DNA from: Catajapyx aquilonaris
Lineage: Eukaryota
DNA: 64,000 nt
Direction: 5' to 3'
Assembly: GCA_000934665.2 (NCBI GenBank)
Contig: KZ538224.1
Span: 124,001-188,000 of the forward strand
This document shows, piece after piece, positions 13,781-26,305 of the stretch; within the stretch, counting starts at the first letter, position 1, and each line of letters begins with the position of its first letter. Position numbers and translations under genes: made by a program. The notes below the pieces were generated by a model that was not told the origin of the DNA, made no database searches, and saw only the letters and a program-made list of their open reading frames with translations.

Positions 13781-16700
13781 TCTGATTCTGCCAACTTGAA
13801 AAAAAAACCGAGCTGAAAAAAGTTACGTACAAACGCCATTGTTCCAGAAGCGAGGCATTTACAGGACGAATCGCAGCATTTGCTGGCAGTCGAAATACCG
13901 CCGCTGGCCACAAATTCCCCGGCAGTATATCAAGAGCCTGCATACATGGAGCCGACTGAAGTACCTTTTTTTCCATGACAAGCCTGGTCGTACTGGCAAG
14001 GACGTGTGTCCACTTCTGAGCGGGGGCTGTACCTAGTCCCTGCACAACCAATGACACAAGCACAAGTACGTGCAAAGCGACTCAAATCCTCAGTCGAGTC
14101 CGCACAAAAAAAAAAAATAAGCGGAGAGGATTACAATGCTTCCACGACTCATGATTTTCCAGTTGAAATTTAACGGCAACAAGTTATCTCTCCCAGGCTT
14201 TTTTTCACCCCTCGTGTAATCCCTTTTTGCCGGATTTTTTTTGTTGGAGTACGTGTGTGTGCAGCGGGCATCAAAAGCTTCGATTCCACTTGGCAATGGC
14301 AGAGTTTACACCGATATATGTAGGACCCAACCCGAAACCTGGCGCGCGGTCTCGTTTACATCTGTCCGCGTTTTTCATAATTCTTTTTCGCTTGGGTGTG
14401 GGTGTGTGTATGTGTGTAATTTGCTCTTGGCTCGGGCCCGCGGATTTTTTTTCCGGCGAGCTGCTGCAATTGTCGCGATGTAGTTGACCGATTAATGGCT
14501 CTGCTGGAACTATATACCGGATGGCGTTAAATAATATTAGTTGCGATTAATACCTCGTTTACTATATACCGGTCTCAAGATCCACGGTGTGAGTAAACAA
14601 AATCGGCTCATTAATGAGGATTGATGTGTCTACATTTTTGGCACACCCTGTACTGCAGCAAAATAAAGTACAAGTGGGTGCAATGCGCTTGTTTGCAGAA
14701 AGAGCAATGAGCTTGATGTATTGCTCTCCAGCAGACCACAACCGACAGTGATGGTCGTTAATTAAGTCAGCGTTCATTACGACGTTAGGCGCCTCATCCT
14801 TCTCCGAAACGTCGCCGGGCATTAAGAGCGCCCCGACGCTTTTCCCACCGTCACACCCCAGAAAAACATCTACGGCACTTAAAATTTTAACTGCGAGGTA
14901 ATCGCATTAAAAGAGACGGGGCCATATCCGTCCCCGTCCACACGTCGTTGACGAGTGACACTCGTTACGACATCCTAACGAGCGTCGGAGGAACATCTTT
15001 TACTTCCTTAGTGGTGTACAAGGCGTCGCCAGCGTCCACCAAACTTTCAACAAGCCACTTTGAGATAGTTGGCCCAAAATCTAGCCTCGTTTTGTACATT
15101 CTGTCCAGATCGTGACCTATCCCGCAAAAAAAAAAACCTTCGCAAAAACCGAGTCACGCCCCCACCCTTTTCTTGACGCAGTTTTTTTTTTCTTTCGAAA
15201 GCTGGAGGCTACAATTTCCTTCAGAGTCCGGGTCACTCCATGCAATATCTGAGCTTGGGAGCGAGCTTCTCCCGAGAACTCAATCCAGATTCAATCAACT
15301 CACTTCATCTTTGGCAGTTTGGATGTTGAGAGGGGGACCAGGGTGAGGGGTAGGGGAGAGAGGTCAACTTCCCTAAGCTGTTGATCGTTGGCTGCCCAAC
15401 GACATCAATGCCGTCCCGACTTTTTCTCCCCAGCACTCCCCTCCTTGGAAGTCGCCAAACATTTATTTTCGGGCAGGACCGAGTCGTTATTGCTCCTTAG
15501 GCGGGGGGTAACACGCCGCCTCCTATTTATTGGACTGTATCCAGCCTTTTTTTTCGGGGGGGGGGGGGGGNGGGGGATGTTTAGGACCGGACCCTGGAGG
15601 CCCGAAATGAAGGGCGTGGGATGGCCAGCGGTCGGATATTCAGACAAAAATAGCGTACGAGAATCAATGAAGATTCCATATGATTCACATGAGAAATGTT
15701 GTACGAGATTCGTCCAAGATTCACCAGAGGAAATGTGAACAAATCAAGAAAAAATTTACGACAATGTGCAGCACATTTAATGATTTCATCATTGCAATAA
15801 TTGTATTTGTAAATCGATTAAGTAGTTTATTAATTACACTTCAGTAATTACTAATGTTTGTTGATATGTACGTATTGTTATATTTTATACTGGTATTTTT
15901 TGCTTCGCTTGTTATTATGCAAGGCCTACCGTATTTTCGTATTTTCATCTGTATTGTTTTTAATATTCTAGATTCGAGATTTTAATATTTTTTATTTTAT
16001 TTTATTTGTAGATAATAATTTAATATAATATAAGCCGAGACGTTCTTGTGTCAATAGGACCATGGACGTGGCTGAGGCTAGGGTTGTTTGTTTGGATAGG
16101 TGTAAATGGCGTAGGTTAATTGATGGGTAAATAGGTAAATATGTCTGAGGATAAGGTGATGTCTGAGGTGGGCAGGGGTGGGGGGTGGGACAGGTTGTTT
16201 TTATGTTTATTCTCACGAGTTTTATTAGTTCATATGTTGGGTTAGCTTGCGTCTCCCTTCATCGCTGACTACCCCTCATAGGGAAATGTCGTGATGTTGT
16301 TGTTGTTGTTGTGATATTTTATTCGAGCCATTTTATAACATTTGGTTTCTGTTGCATTAACTTATAAATATTATATGATTACTATAAATAAATAAATTTC
16401 ATTATTTATACATTATTAATTAATAGTATTAATATAATTTTAACAAATATTTCCTACAGACACCATGCAATTTCATATAAGTTATTGAACAAATTGTAAG
16501 GATTGAAAACCTAATGACTGGTAATGTAAACTGTTAGAGATACTGGACACATAATTGAAAAAAAAATGTGCGAAAATATTGTGAGAGCTGTTTTGGGACT
16601 GGTGTCAACTTTTTTCAAACTAATTATGGAACAATTATTTTGGACTCCTCTAAAAACGTGTCGTTTCGGGGGTGGTCCAAATCCCCTTATCCGAGCAAGC

Positions 16701-17282
16701 AGATACCCACTTTGAGTCATGTTTATCCAGCAAATTAAACGCTGTACACAACGCGAATTACAAACAATTTGGGGAGGGCGAAGCCTCGCTTTTGCATACA
16801 ATTTACACGTTGTTGCATAGCAGCAGGAATAATCATATTCTGCCAAACAATGTACCCGAACAGTAATTTTAGCGCATTAAAAAAAACTAGTTGGGGCGGG
16901 GGTGTCCACTGCCGCTCTACAATAGAGCGTCGCCCGTCAAGAGCTGTGCCATTAATTGGCACCCAACTATAATACAGTATATTTTTAGTGCGGTATTACA
17001 ATCAATCCAGTTCGTTTAACATAACGCAACAGATTATGGATAATGAGTCTCACTTTACACATTTTTTTGATCGGAAATTGGTTTCAGGCCGTTATCGACC
17101 AGCCAGTTCATGAAAACGTCAACCTCTACCATCACACTTTTTTTTGGAAGTATCGTTCACGCTGTGGGGGTCAATGCCAGAGTGACGGCTCGTGACATGG
17201 GAGTCAGGGGAGATCAGAAAAGTTGAGTTAGCGTGACGTAATGTGGCCCAACTATATACGAGTAGATGACCCCCCCCCCNCA

Positions 17283-17784
17283 GGAGCGCAACCGTGTGCT
17301 CACCACAGTTCGCTCAATGTGCAACTGTTGGCATTACCAACGATAGCTGGTAAGCTCTCTGTATAGTAGGTGCATTTCACTTATCTCCAACACTACGCTT
17401 GGGAGGGGGGACAAAATGGCCGACGTTTGCGACGTTTCCAAAGCTTTAGATTGTTTAGAACGAACCTCAGGGGCTACGGGTGTGAACATATTTTATTATC
17501 TTATGTTTTGTTTTGTTTTGTTTTTTTTTAAAAAAAAGAGCTAATCCATGTTTTAGTGATTCTTGTTCTTTTGCATGTAATCCCATGTGGGATGGTTTTG
17601 AATAAATTTATCTATATGTGCTGTGGAGAGAGGATAACAGTTATTATGCTATTAGGTGCTGTGCTATGTGTTTATCAATAAAAATATTTGACCCTCTAGG
17701 GAGTAACTCTGGCAACGTTGTTGTCAGAGCAGGGGAGCTGCGCGAGTGTTGGTGGGCGCTCGGTTGAGCCCGTAAAAATTCATA
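17283..17784 (+). mobile_element. TIR MITE family C, interrupted by an AT-rich insert of about 190 bp
   Basis: Colinear with 45421-45715 (ACAAAATGGC.GACGTTTGCGA..TT.CCAAAGCTTT; ACTCTGGCAACGTTGTTG); right TIR ends AAAAATTCATA|TA; left end lost at a poly-C/N. Confidence 0.75.
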
Positions 17785-17789
17785 TACAA

Positions 17790-17932
17790 AACGTAGTACA
17801 GTATCCCTCACATAGATGGCGTATCCTCCCTCTCTTCACACTACTGCCACCTCATGGTCGTGCGAGGGGTAGTGGTACTACATGCACCGCCATTACTCAC
17901 CCCGGACAGACTCGAGCCAATTCTATGTATGA
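17790..17932 (-). mobile_element. family H copy (5' end intact)
   Basis: Minus strand begins A|TC-ATACA-TAGAATTGGCTCGAG; contains the core and CGCCATCTATG. Confidence 0.78.
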
Positions 17933-20900
17933 TAAGAGCTTCTAAAAATAGTGGCAAGTTGATCAGCAAAATGAGAAGTCCTAGAGGGCAAAGTAAAAAC
18001 AACAAGATTCCATCAGTGTGGGTGGGTTGGGAGGAATTGCTGGTTTTTGGTTCGGTTTTTCTCTCTCTTTGGCTGGCCCCCCCGTGTGCATCGGTCCCCT
18101 CCCATTTGTGCAAATTGGCGCCGATCGAGGGGTGGTGGTGGTGGATAGTGGTAGTGTTGGGGGTCTCTCTCTCTCTGCCCGTATTCCTTCTCGGGGCACG
18201 CGATGGGCGAAAGCCGAATTAATATTTTATGAATTCCGCGATCAGCACTTCACCTTCATATCGTATGCGGCCATCTGCGTAACTCGCGGATAAAAAGGCA
18301 ATTTCATGAAAGCGCAAGCAGAGTGAGTTCTCGGAAATTGAAGGGATAGAGGACACGTGAGTTTGGTATCAAACCGGACTCGAGGTGGGGGCCACTTGAG
18401 AATTATGGCCCCGGATTCATTGCCCGGACAAGCGGCGGCTTCCGGTTACCTCCCATCCACCCACCTCCCCTTCCGCAGCAAAGGATTTAAGTGCGGGGGA
18501 CGCCCAAGATGATACCCTAATTAAAACAGGATGTCACATTATTATATGCAAAGGAATAATCGAGCTGTCTATTTCAAAATCTGCAGCGGAAGTTTGGCTG
18601 TGGCTTTTGATTATTGGTTCAGTCTGAATAAAATTTATGAATATGGCCAGAACCTTAGCCCTGGTGAGAATATATTTTTAATATAGCGAAGGAAACTTCC
18701 AACTTGTTCAAAACCCAAGCTTCATCTCGGTTTCAGTGAATGATTAAGTAAACGAGAAGTAAATGACTAATGGTCGTGCGCTTCTTTTTTTTTTACCCCA
18801 GTGGTCAATATTCATGTACGGGTAGAGAACTCCAATGCAGAGAGTTCAACACAAAGAATTTGAGATGGTGTTTAATTATTATCTGTGCTAATAATTATGA
18901 CTTAATTACAACTTCTAGGAAGTGATTGTTCACTTCCTACCACAATATTCACAATTTATTCTTATTAAAAACTCATACCGTATACGCCCGCTATAAATTT
19001 TTGCGACTTGCAGCCATTTTGCATGATTGTTCACTCCAGCTTACCATTTCAAATTGAACAGTAGTGTTTCTGAGTGACACGCACTGTATTATTTGAACGA
19101 ATGACAATAAAATTGCTACTAACTTGCCCAATTGCTCAATTTTAATTATTTGATAACTGGTGAGAAGCAGCCAAAAATAGTTGACAAACAATTTTATTTT
19201 TGGTAATAAAATTATTTGCCAATTTGGTTTACCAAAATAATTGCCAACCGGCTTATTATACCAAAATAATTGACAAATAATAATTTCAATTTATTACCTA
19301 AATAACTGCTGAAAGTGAATCTTGTCTATAAACCAAATAAGAATAAATCAAAATTGATTTGCAACTAGAAAAAATAATCTGAAATACGAAGAAAACGTCC
19401 ACGTCAGTTGAAACAAGTTACAAAATCGCGGCGGAAAACTTGATAGAAATCAGCTTCATTTATACATCTCACAATCACGCGCTCGCAAAAAAAAACCGCG
19501 AATATTTCATCCGTTGAGCTTACACGACCACGACCTTTCCTCCTGGTAATTCCAGTCTCCGGGAAAAGCTGATTTTGGAGGGGTGTAGTCCGAGCCTCCC
19601 TGGAAAGTCGAGCCCATATGGTGGTTGAGGCGGTTTCCATTACCAATTCCCCTTGCAGTGCTTCGTTTCGTCATTTCCATAACCCAGCAGCAGCAAGCTT
19701 GGAGGCTGGGAAGTGCAGATGTGGGTGGTGTTTCACGAAGCCTCCAAAAAGCCTTCGAAAAGTCTTTTTTTTCAGGCAGAGTTGAGGAGAAGGCAAAAGG
19801 CTTCAGGATGAGGAAAATAATTGCTGCAAAACCCTCCCTTCAACTTTCTCCCCCGCTCCTTTTGCATAAACTTCGCGGTGAGGTTTTCCTCCGCTGGATC
19901 AAGAGACCAGACACTTTGCGGGATGGTAATTATCATGTACCGCAATCCACCCTCCTCTTCCTCCTCGATAAAGCCAAGGTCCTGCAGAGAGGCTTTCAGA
20001 AGATTCATAGCACATCAGATAAGGCGGGATGGAAATTTCAGCAGGGATAAATTAAAGGGCTCGCAACACAAAGGGGCCTGGTCCTGCAAGATGCTGAGGA
20101 TCCCTCTTCTTCCTTTTTGGTAATTCCGGTCACGTACAAAGCACATGTTCATTAGATTGCTCCTGGGGTTATAAATACAAGCAAGTCATTTGTCGGCAGT
20201 GTACACCTCATTATTTTTGCAGCGCAATTTTCCCCACTCTCTCGGTAAATGTGGCGGTAGTACGTTCTAGCAAACAGACCCAGAGGAAAGAAAAGGGGCC
20301 TCGGTGTTAGTACAGGGGGAAGGGTCGATATCAAAACTGTTGTAAACAATCCACCTCTGGAATAGTGTACTTGCTGCCAAACGGTGCGCTCCCGGAAGCA
20401 GGCTCGTAATAATGAGATATGCAGGTAATTACTGCTAGAGGGAAGGGGGCTGTACACGCCTGATTATATTTTCTGGAATGGCAAAGTCGATTGTTACTTG
20501 CTCCGACCTAAATTGAAAATGAATTGTTGACTGGCAGTGTTTGTATTTCATGACTGCTTGATACCTGAAAAAGGAGCCTGCGACAAGCCCCCAGTCTAAG
20601 CAATCAGGATAATTGATGTTTATATCTATAGCCTTATTACATGCAATACTCAACTAATTGCTAAACAGAACGATCGTGCGAATATAAAAATCATCTAATT
20701 TTGTCTATTTACATAATATTATGCATTACTTGCACTTTATTAAGGTAATAATCGCTATTATTGCAATACCAATTATCTAGAATGAAAAAGAGATTATGCG
20801 ACATTTGACTGATTCTTCAATATAATTTAATTTAAATGACATTTTAGTCTGATAAAAATAGGTACAAAGCCGTGACAATTTTTATGTGCTTGTTCATATT

Positions 20901-22306
20901 TTTCACGTTTTAAGTGGTACATTTGCAGGATATTAATTCACCTAGGCTATATTATGAATAAATATTTATTTGAATATTCCATGCCTTGTTTTTGAAGCTA
21001 ATTATTTCAGTAACGAAGCTTTGAAGACTAAGTGACACTTCTACATGACGTGATTCTCTTGTTCCTCTATAAGTAACTGTACTTATTCTCAAAGTACATA
21101 AAGAGCAGAAGCCTTGTAGTGCACATCCTGTTCCGCCTTGTTAATAACTCTCCAGTAAACATCATCCCCATACAGTATTTATGTGGAGCTGTTAAAGGCG
21201 CCGCCTTTCCTTGGGCGCGTTCAAAGGCGGCTTAAGCGAATCTATCCCCCTGAATAATTATGTAATGGAAGGGAAACATGTCGCTTAGAAGAGGGGTCCG
21301 CCCCTAATCTTTCCGAATCAAAGCTCCGCCGCCACCACCACAAAAGGGGTGTGAAAAAGGAAGCACAAGACTCTCCCGAAAAAAAATGTACTTAGAGGGC
21401 AGAGATTACAGAGATTAAAAATTCACAGCGCTTCAGACTCGCTCTCAAAAAAATGACAGCAAATCCCTTCCCGAAAAAGGCGGATTAATAATGAAGGACT
21501 TGATCATGAGGTAAAGGGGTTTTTTGAGCAGTTAACACTCGAGCGTAGGGGTTAATCTTGTTGGCCTGGGCGCCGCTCAAGAGGCCGGACTATTATCGCC
21601 GGACTTTGTGTGCTGGGATATATTATAACAATGGCGCTGGGATTTTGAGGGCGGGTGGGACAAGCCAGAGTTTTGGGTTGTCGTGTTGGCCCGGTGCCAG
21701 CTGCTGACTCTAATTGCGCCCAAAGTGTAATCGATGTTGGTTGCTCAGCATAACATCCAATTGGTTATTATTGCCCGCTTATACAGAATGGAGAACACAA
21801 ACGCGGCGATTATTCATAATGCTACAGGGTGAACCTTGGTTGAATTCCTGTGACACAAAATGCTTAAGTCACGAAACCGGGCCTGTTTGAATCGGAGGCG
21901 TACCTTCCCCTCGATTAATACTCATTTACACTGATACTCTGTGTACACACAGAAAGGCAAAGTGAGTAAATGATAGCTAAACTCGCCCCGGTCACGCAAC
22001 AGCAAGCGTGCAACACACACACACACACAATAATAAAAGAGAGAGAGAAAAAACCCTCATCCGATTACCCGGAATGTAATGCAAGGTGTATGTGCCAGGG
22101 ACACAACACTTCAATTATTGATCTCGCGGCGGGCCAAGCACCCAATTAAAACTTGATACGCCCCGTACACGTCATAAAAACCACATTACCTCCCCCTTTG
22201 TTGTCTGCACAGGGTGGTGCGTAAACGTGGCCCAACAATGGAGGTTGTTCCATCACACAGTTTAAGGAGATGCTACCGATTGCAACAAGTTGCAGGAGTA
22301 AACTAT

Positions 22307-22521
22307 GAGCCACGTTACATGGCACATTCGTAGAACTTCTTTTCAAAACGTGTTGATATGGCCCTCTTTCGGTATAGGAAGTTACAAGGCAGCATACGGC
22401 AGGTTTAACCCGCTTCAAACCGGGTTGAAGAGCGTTATCACAAGTTACACGTCAGCAATGAAGCGTTGTACGTTGCGCTCATTCCTGAAGCGCTTTTAAC
22501 TGGTGCCATGTAACATGGCTC
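22307..22521 (+). mobile_element. MITE with about 19-bp TIRs
   Basis: GAGCCACGTTACATGGCAC ... GTGCCATGTAACATGGCTC, flanked by TAT on both sides. Confidence 0.75.
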
Positions 22522-22545
22522 TATGCTACTGTATGTTGAGACACA

Positions 22546-22777
22546 GATCCACGTTGCATGGCACTATAGTCTGGAAGGAGGGCAAATCAGAGCTCTCCAT
22601 TCCTGTCATGTAACTTGTCAAAATGAAACGCATGTTGAGATGCCCCTCTCCGTTGCCACCCTTTACAAGCGCTTCAACGGGTTTGAATCGGTTGAGGCTG
22701 ATATCTGCTTCCTTGTAACTCCCTACCGTAAGTGGGCCATGTCAACACGTTTTGAAAAGTGTTATGTAACGTTGCTC
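22546..22777 (-). mobile_element. second, inverted copy of the same MITE
   Basis: Reverse complement is colinear with 22307-22521 over its length (TTTTCAAAACGTGTTGA.ATGGCCC; ACAAGTTACA; terminal TIRs). Confidence 0.75.
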
Positions 22778-25700
22778 ATACCGATGAACCATTTTCGATA
22801 AGAGCGAGTTGACATTGCATTGGTTAAAAGTGCTTCATGTTAAATCGATGAATCTTTTAAGGCGAATTATTTCACTGCCCTTCCCTTGTTGTAAACTGCA
22901 TATGCGTATCTGGTCGTTGCACCGCCCTGTGCTTGCGAGGGGGCCCGGAATTGCAATAGTCGAATCCGGTAAAAAATGCACATGCAACCCGGGCCTAAGC
23001 TGCGTGACGTGCAAGCTTCGAACAGACAATGAAACAGCCAAGTTGGCAGACCCCAACCCCCCCCCTCCCTTCCAACCCTCCTGGGTGTTGATGATGCTAG
23101 GCAGGAATTCAGTGGCCACGAAGAGATTCTGTCATGGAAAATTGACGTGTAATCCAAGCGTGGACCACGGGGCCTTTAATCCCACGCATGAATTAATGGC
23201 TTAGAAGAGAGACAAGTCCTGGGGCATAATCCAGACACAATTTTTTTTAGGACATCTAACAGACATTTTTTAAAAGGCGGATCAAAAAAATGTCCAGGTT
23301 GTGCCAATCACAATCGCATGTGTCCCTGCAATTAGGGACGATAATTTTTATGGTGCGTTGCTGGGAGTTTTCAAGAGAGTCACACCTGCTTGGGGGGTAT
23401 TCAATCAGCGGAATGTTTTTTTTTAAAATTCGGGGGCAATCAGGAAATGCCCAGTAGTCGCATGTTCGAGGCGTTATTAATAGCGCTAAAAATATTGCAC
23501 ACATTCGCATTAATCACAGCTTCTTATTAATTATTAAAATTGTTTCATGATACCCCCCAGGATAATTATCAGGAGACCACCTGCATACCACTGAACTAGA
23601 CCAAGAAGTAAAAAAAAATAGTGAGTTAGGAAAAGAGGCCGTGTATCCAGCCGGCAACTCCATCAAGATGCATTATTCATTGATAAGCTATTTCCGTACG
23701 GACATTGTAAGTGGCTAAAATACCAGATAGGGCATGAATTACCATGCAAATTGTTTCTACCCGGCGATAAACATCACCGCGTTTTCAGCGACCAAAGTAT
23801 CCCTTTTGAGCTGGAGTGAAATATTTACGCGAGATAACTATACCGTCGTTTGTAACTCCGAACCGGTCTTGGCAAGCAGTGTGACCCTAAGTAGAGAAAG
23901 AAACAAAAAAAAGTTTTGTAACCAGGTCGATTTGCAGGGGGGGCTCCCGCTTTTATCGACTTGTGCGTATCTAAAATAAACGTTTTTGTTTACAGCGTTG
24001 GACAAACTTGGAATGGAAGAGCTTTCTAATTGCATTTTGTTTACAAGGGCGGAAGCTAAAACCATCCCAGGCCACCGCAACGCTACGTAAACACTGACCA
24101 CACAGAAATGTGCATATTATTCCGCGCATTTTACGCGAAAAAAATGGTGCAAGTACAAAGAGGTGTAAGCATGCATTATGAAACAACTACACAAAAGACG
24201 CGTCTTATCTTATGTACGTATGATGTTCATCAAATTTAGCTACAAATTCCTTATTACGCGACAATAATTTTAGCTGATGCAACATATCCTTACAAAATTG
24301 CCCACTTTTAATGGACAGGTGATACACCGCAACGTAATGTGTGCAAATGGAGATCTTAGGATAAGATTTTCTGCCAACCTTTGACCATTGTGATGTCTGC
24401 AATATCTGAATGGCGGTGCATTACCGTTATCAATTATTGGGTTGGGTGTCAATGCGTGTGAAAAGGCAGAGATAGAGAGTGCTTTTGAGTAGCAAAAAAA
24501 AGCACTCTGAGCAGATGCGGACACAATCTCAGTTTCTTGCTTTTTTTCTCTCCCAGATTTTTCCATTCTGGTGACGTTTCGCGGGGACAGGATAAGAGAA
24601 AAAAGGGAAAGGGGATTATGTTGTAGAGGTCTCTATATATGTAGATGTAATGCAGTGAAGAAGATAGTGTTTTCTCTCTTCTTGTGGATCTAAGCTTATA
24701 CATAGGAACCTGGAAGAAAAATGCATTGCGGTAATCCCTTTTATACTTACATGCTCACTGTACGTGGCATTGTCGACAAAACACGACTTCATATAATTTG
24801 CATAAATTGTATAATGTAACAAGTTTTTGTTCCACAGGCCTACGTTGTAATTCTTTAAAATTTGGTACCTGTCAGCACAAATTTTCATCAAACCTAATTA
24901 CAGTAATTTAGGTTGCAAAAAAGTTGATTCTAGGGACAAAAATGTATTTACAACTGATATTTTGTATCGTAGCCAAAGAGAAAATCGGCGCCTGAAAATA
25001 ATATAAACGTCGCCATGATGATGTACAGCGTAATAACATAATGAGTGACAGTTTCACATTGCGCCGTGACATCAATCACGCAGAGCCACACGTCCCCTCG
25101 AATCATGCAACGAAACATTATACCTGCAAGGTGACTGGTCTGATCAAAATAATCCCCTGGCCGATTTCAAGAAAGCTATTGTTGGAAACCCTCTGTGACT
25201 GGGAAAGATAAACATAATGATTGATTAGGCCTCTCTGTTTCAAGTTCTGTCGGGGTTTTTTTTTGTGAGTCTCTGTTGTTCAGCGTTACTGAATGGCAAC
25301 CGTAACTGGCGTGTTGGATTTCACCACACGTGCCGGGTTACTCGAACAGCATTTGTAACAAGACCTTTTCAGGGCATCGGGGAAAAAATAGGTGGACGGT
25401 CTGCAATGTCTGTGAGTTTGTGTACTATACATATGTGCTGTTACACACTGTTGAAACATTATTCAATATTCATGCATTGAATCGGATAATTTCCTCTGAA
25501 TTATTTAAGCATTCCCATCATTTCAAACTGATTTTCCTAAACAATTCTCGCGAAAATTCCGGCCAATGATGTTTTCCCCATCGCGATAACGAAGCGTGGC
25601 AAATTGTGCCAAGCCCTGTTGCATATCCTTACAGGTTTCGTATACGGTCGAATGAGCCGAGAGGAGGGAAAACCTTGGATGAGGAAAAGGATTTTGAGCG

Positions 25701-26159
25701 TTGCAAAGAGCAATCACTATGAAAACGCAAATCCGTTTCGTACAAATGGGCAGTGGGTGTCGACTGGCTTTTAAATTGCTGAGAGTTGCCATTCCTTCAG
25801 AACAAAAAAAAAGATCGGTGATTCGCGTGTGATCAGCCAGTGTGGTTGCGTGATGTGTAGTGTGTTCACTGGACTGTGCGTCGAAATCCAAGTGTTTGGA
25901 CCTTCGCAAGGATACGTTTGCATGAAACTGGGCTTTTTTTGTGTTTATATCAAACGGTGCAAAAAGGGCTCCTGTACTACGTTTTCGACTGGGTTCTTTA
26001 GTTTTCCTGTTAATCCTGAGAAATTGGGCTGGAGCAGGAATCAGATGGATGCTGTAAATGTGGAGTAGCGTAAGTGCCTCTTGCACCAACCATTTTAACT
26101 GTCAGTAAAGAGCTAACTGCTGCAGCTAGAAATGCTTTCTTCCAAACTCACAGTGTTTT

Positions 26160-26305
26160 CTAATCAGCTGATTAGTGACTAATCGCCTATTTAGTGGATA
26201 AACTGCCGATTAGTGGCTAATCAGCTGGTTAGTGACTAATAGGACGGTTAGTGATAAACTTCTGCCTATAGTCACTAATCAGCTGATTGGCCACTGATCA
26301 CCTAA
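26160..26305. repeat. minisatellite of about 19-bp self-complementary units
   Basis: Repeating CTAATCAGCTGATTAGTGA-like unit, about 7 degenerate copies. Confidence 0.75.

Noticed and set aside
16235..16312. Possible retroposon 3' tail ending in (TTG)n
   Set aside because: No head, TSD or second copy was found; too little evidence to annotate.
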